From NCBI GenBank assembly GCA_903884505.1, contig CAISET010000002.1:277917-341916 (forward strand): DNA of 64,000 nt, written 5' to 3'. The position numbers were made by a program, and so were the translations under genes. Positions 63,582 to 64,000 of this stretch are shown here, piece after piece. Numbering within the stretch: position 1 is the stretch's first letter; the number at the start of each line of letters is the position of its first letter. The stretch is from an uncultured Candidatus Micrarchaeota archaeon (lineage in GTDB: Archaea; Micrarchaeota; Micrarchaeia; Burarchaeales; Fermentimicrarchaeaceae). A model generated the notes under the pieces. That model did not search any database, was not told where the DNA came from, and saw only the letters and a list, made by a program, of their open reading frames with translations.

Positions 63582-64000
63582 ATGAAATTCATAATTTTCA
63601 CGGCCCTGCTGCTTCTGATGGCCTTTGTGGCAGTGGCATCGGCCGACAACGTCACCGGGTTCGATGACTACTCCCTCACGGTCACGGTCACCGCCAACCC
63701 GGACGGGACCGCGCACGTGGACGAGGAGGTGCAGCTCATCGCCTCCCCGAACGTCTTCGACCTCTACAAGAACAGCCTGCGCTCGACCCGCCTCACCATA
63801 TCGGACTGGCAGAACACCACGGGCTCAAAGAACCTGCGCTACCACATCCTCGCCACCCCGATGAATACCCGCGTGTTCCCCCACCCTCTCCAGCCCTTCA
63901 CCTACGTGGACAAGTCCGTCGCCATCATCACGGTCGAATACGACACCTCGGCTCCCGTCTTCAACGTGACCGCGGCAGGCCCGCGCAAGACGCTCTACGC
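63582..64000 (+). CDS. secreted hypothetical protein (partial; continues beyond the window)
   Basis: ATG at 63582. Signal peptide MKFIIFTALLLLMAFVAVASA. Open frame runs to the window end. An in-frame upstream ATG at 63438 is possible. Confidence 0.5.
   Translation, partial: MKFIIFTALLLLMAFVAVASADNVTGFDDYSLTVTVTANPDGTAHVDEEVQLIASPNVFDLYKNSLRSTRLTISDWQNTTGSKNLRYHILATPMNTRVFPHPLQPFTYVDKSVAIITVEYDTSAPVFNVTAAGPRKTLY

Noticed and set aside
63410-63655. 81-aa minus-strand ORF spanning the 60-bp tandem repeats.
   Set aside because: Its sequence is simply the repeat translated twice (FIEQSAGLR.ILPDS). It has no start context. A secreted-protein gene begins on the opposite strand.
1-64000. A screen for rRNA genes, transposases/IS elements, integrases and cas genes.
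   Set aside because: None were found. No ORF resembles DDE/HUH transposases or tyrosine/serine recombinases. The Fic island has no integrase within the window.

Overview
This is an archaeal chromosomal segment of about 60% GC, densely packed with genes on both strands. Archaeal hallmarks include CDC48, LonB, Hjc, DnaG, the PriS/PriL primase subunits, PCNA, GINS, and a conserved PAC2-nop10-eIF2alpha-S27e-L44e block. Class III (type IV pilin-like) signal peptides are also present.

Four tRNA genes all carry introns, and some sit at non-canonical positions (T-arm/T-loop). That pattern is typical of Thermoproteales, Aigarchaeota or ARMAN-like lineages.

Housekeeping and metabolic content:
- a purC-purE pair
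- CoaBC
- the LarB/C/E nickel-pincer cofactor genes
- an ADP-dependent sugar kinase
- agmatinase, deoxyhypusine synthase and a SpeH-like enzyme
- a tdh-kbl pair
- inositol-lipid genes
- RNase Z

The most unusual region is a four-gene pilin/adhesin locus (12.5-17.8 kb):
- Two giant pilin-like proteins carry LamG lectin domains; the second also has carboxypeptidase-regulatory-like and discoidin domains.
- The two genes share near-identical N- and C-terminal modules around AT-rich, divergent lectin cores.

Other items worth a second look:
- A low-GC Fic island bounded by tandem direct repeats (5.2-6.9 kb).
- A protease-less LonB-like ATPase with a zinc-ribbon insert, in an apparent operon with dnaG and a small Toprim protein.
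- A membrane-anchored winged-HTH regulator apparently co-transcribed with a secreted Cys-rich protein.
- An extracytoplasmic Lon-like S16 peptidase.
- A Hef-like helicase without a nuclease domain, translationally coupled to a circularly permuted GTPase.
- A possible structured ncRNA.
- A TA-like nucleotidyltransferase pair.
- An in-frame tandem 60-bp repeat upstream of a secreted protein gene.

No CRISPR arrays, rRNA genes or transposases were seen. Coordinates for features I located by eye (tRNAs, small ORFs, repeats) may be off by 1-2 nt.
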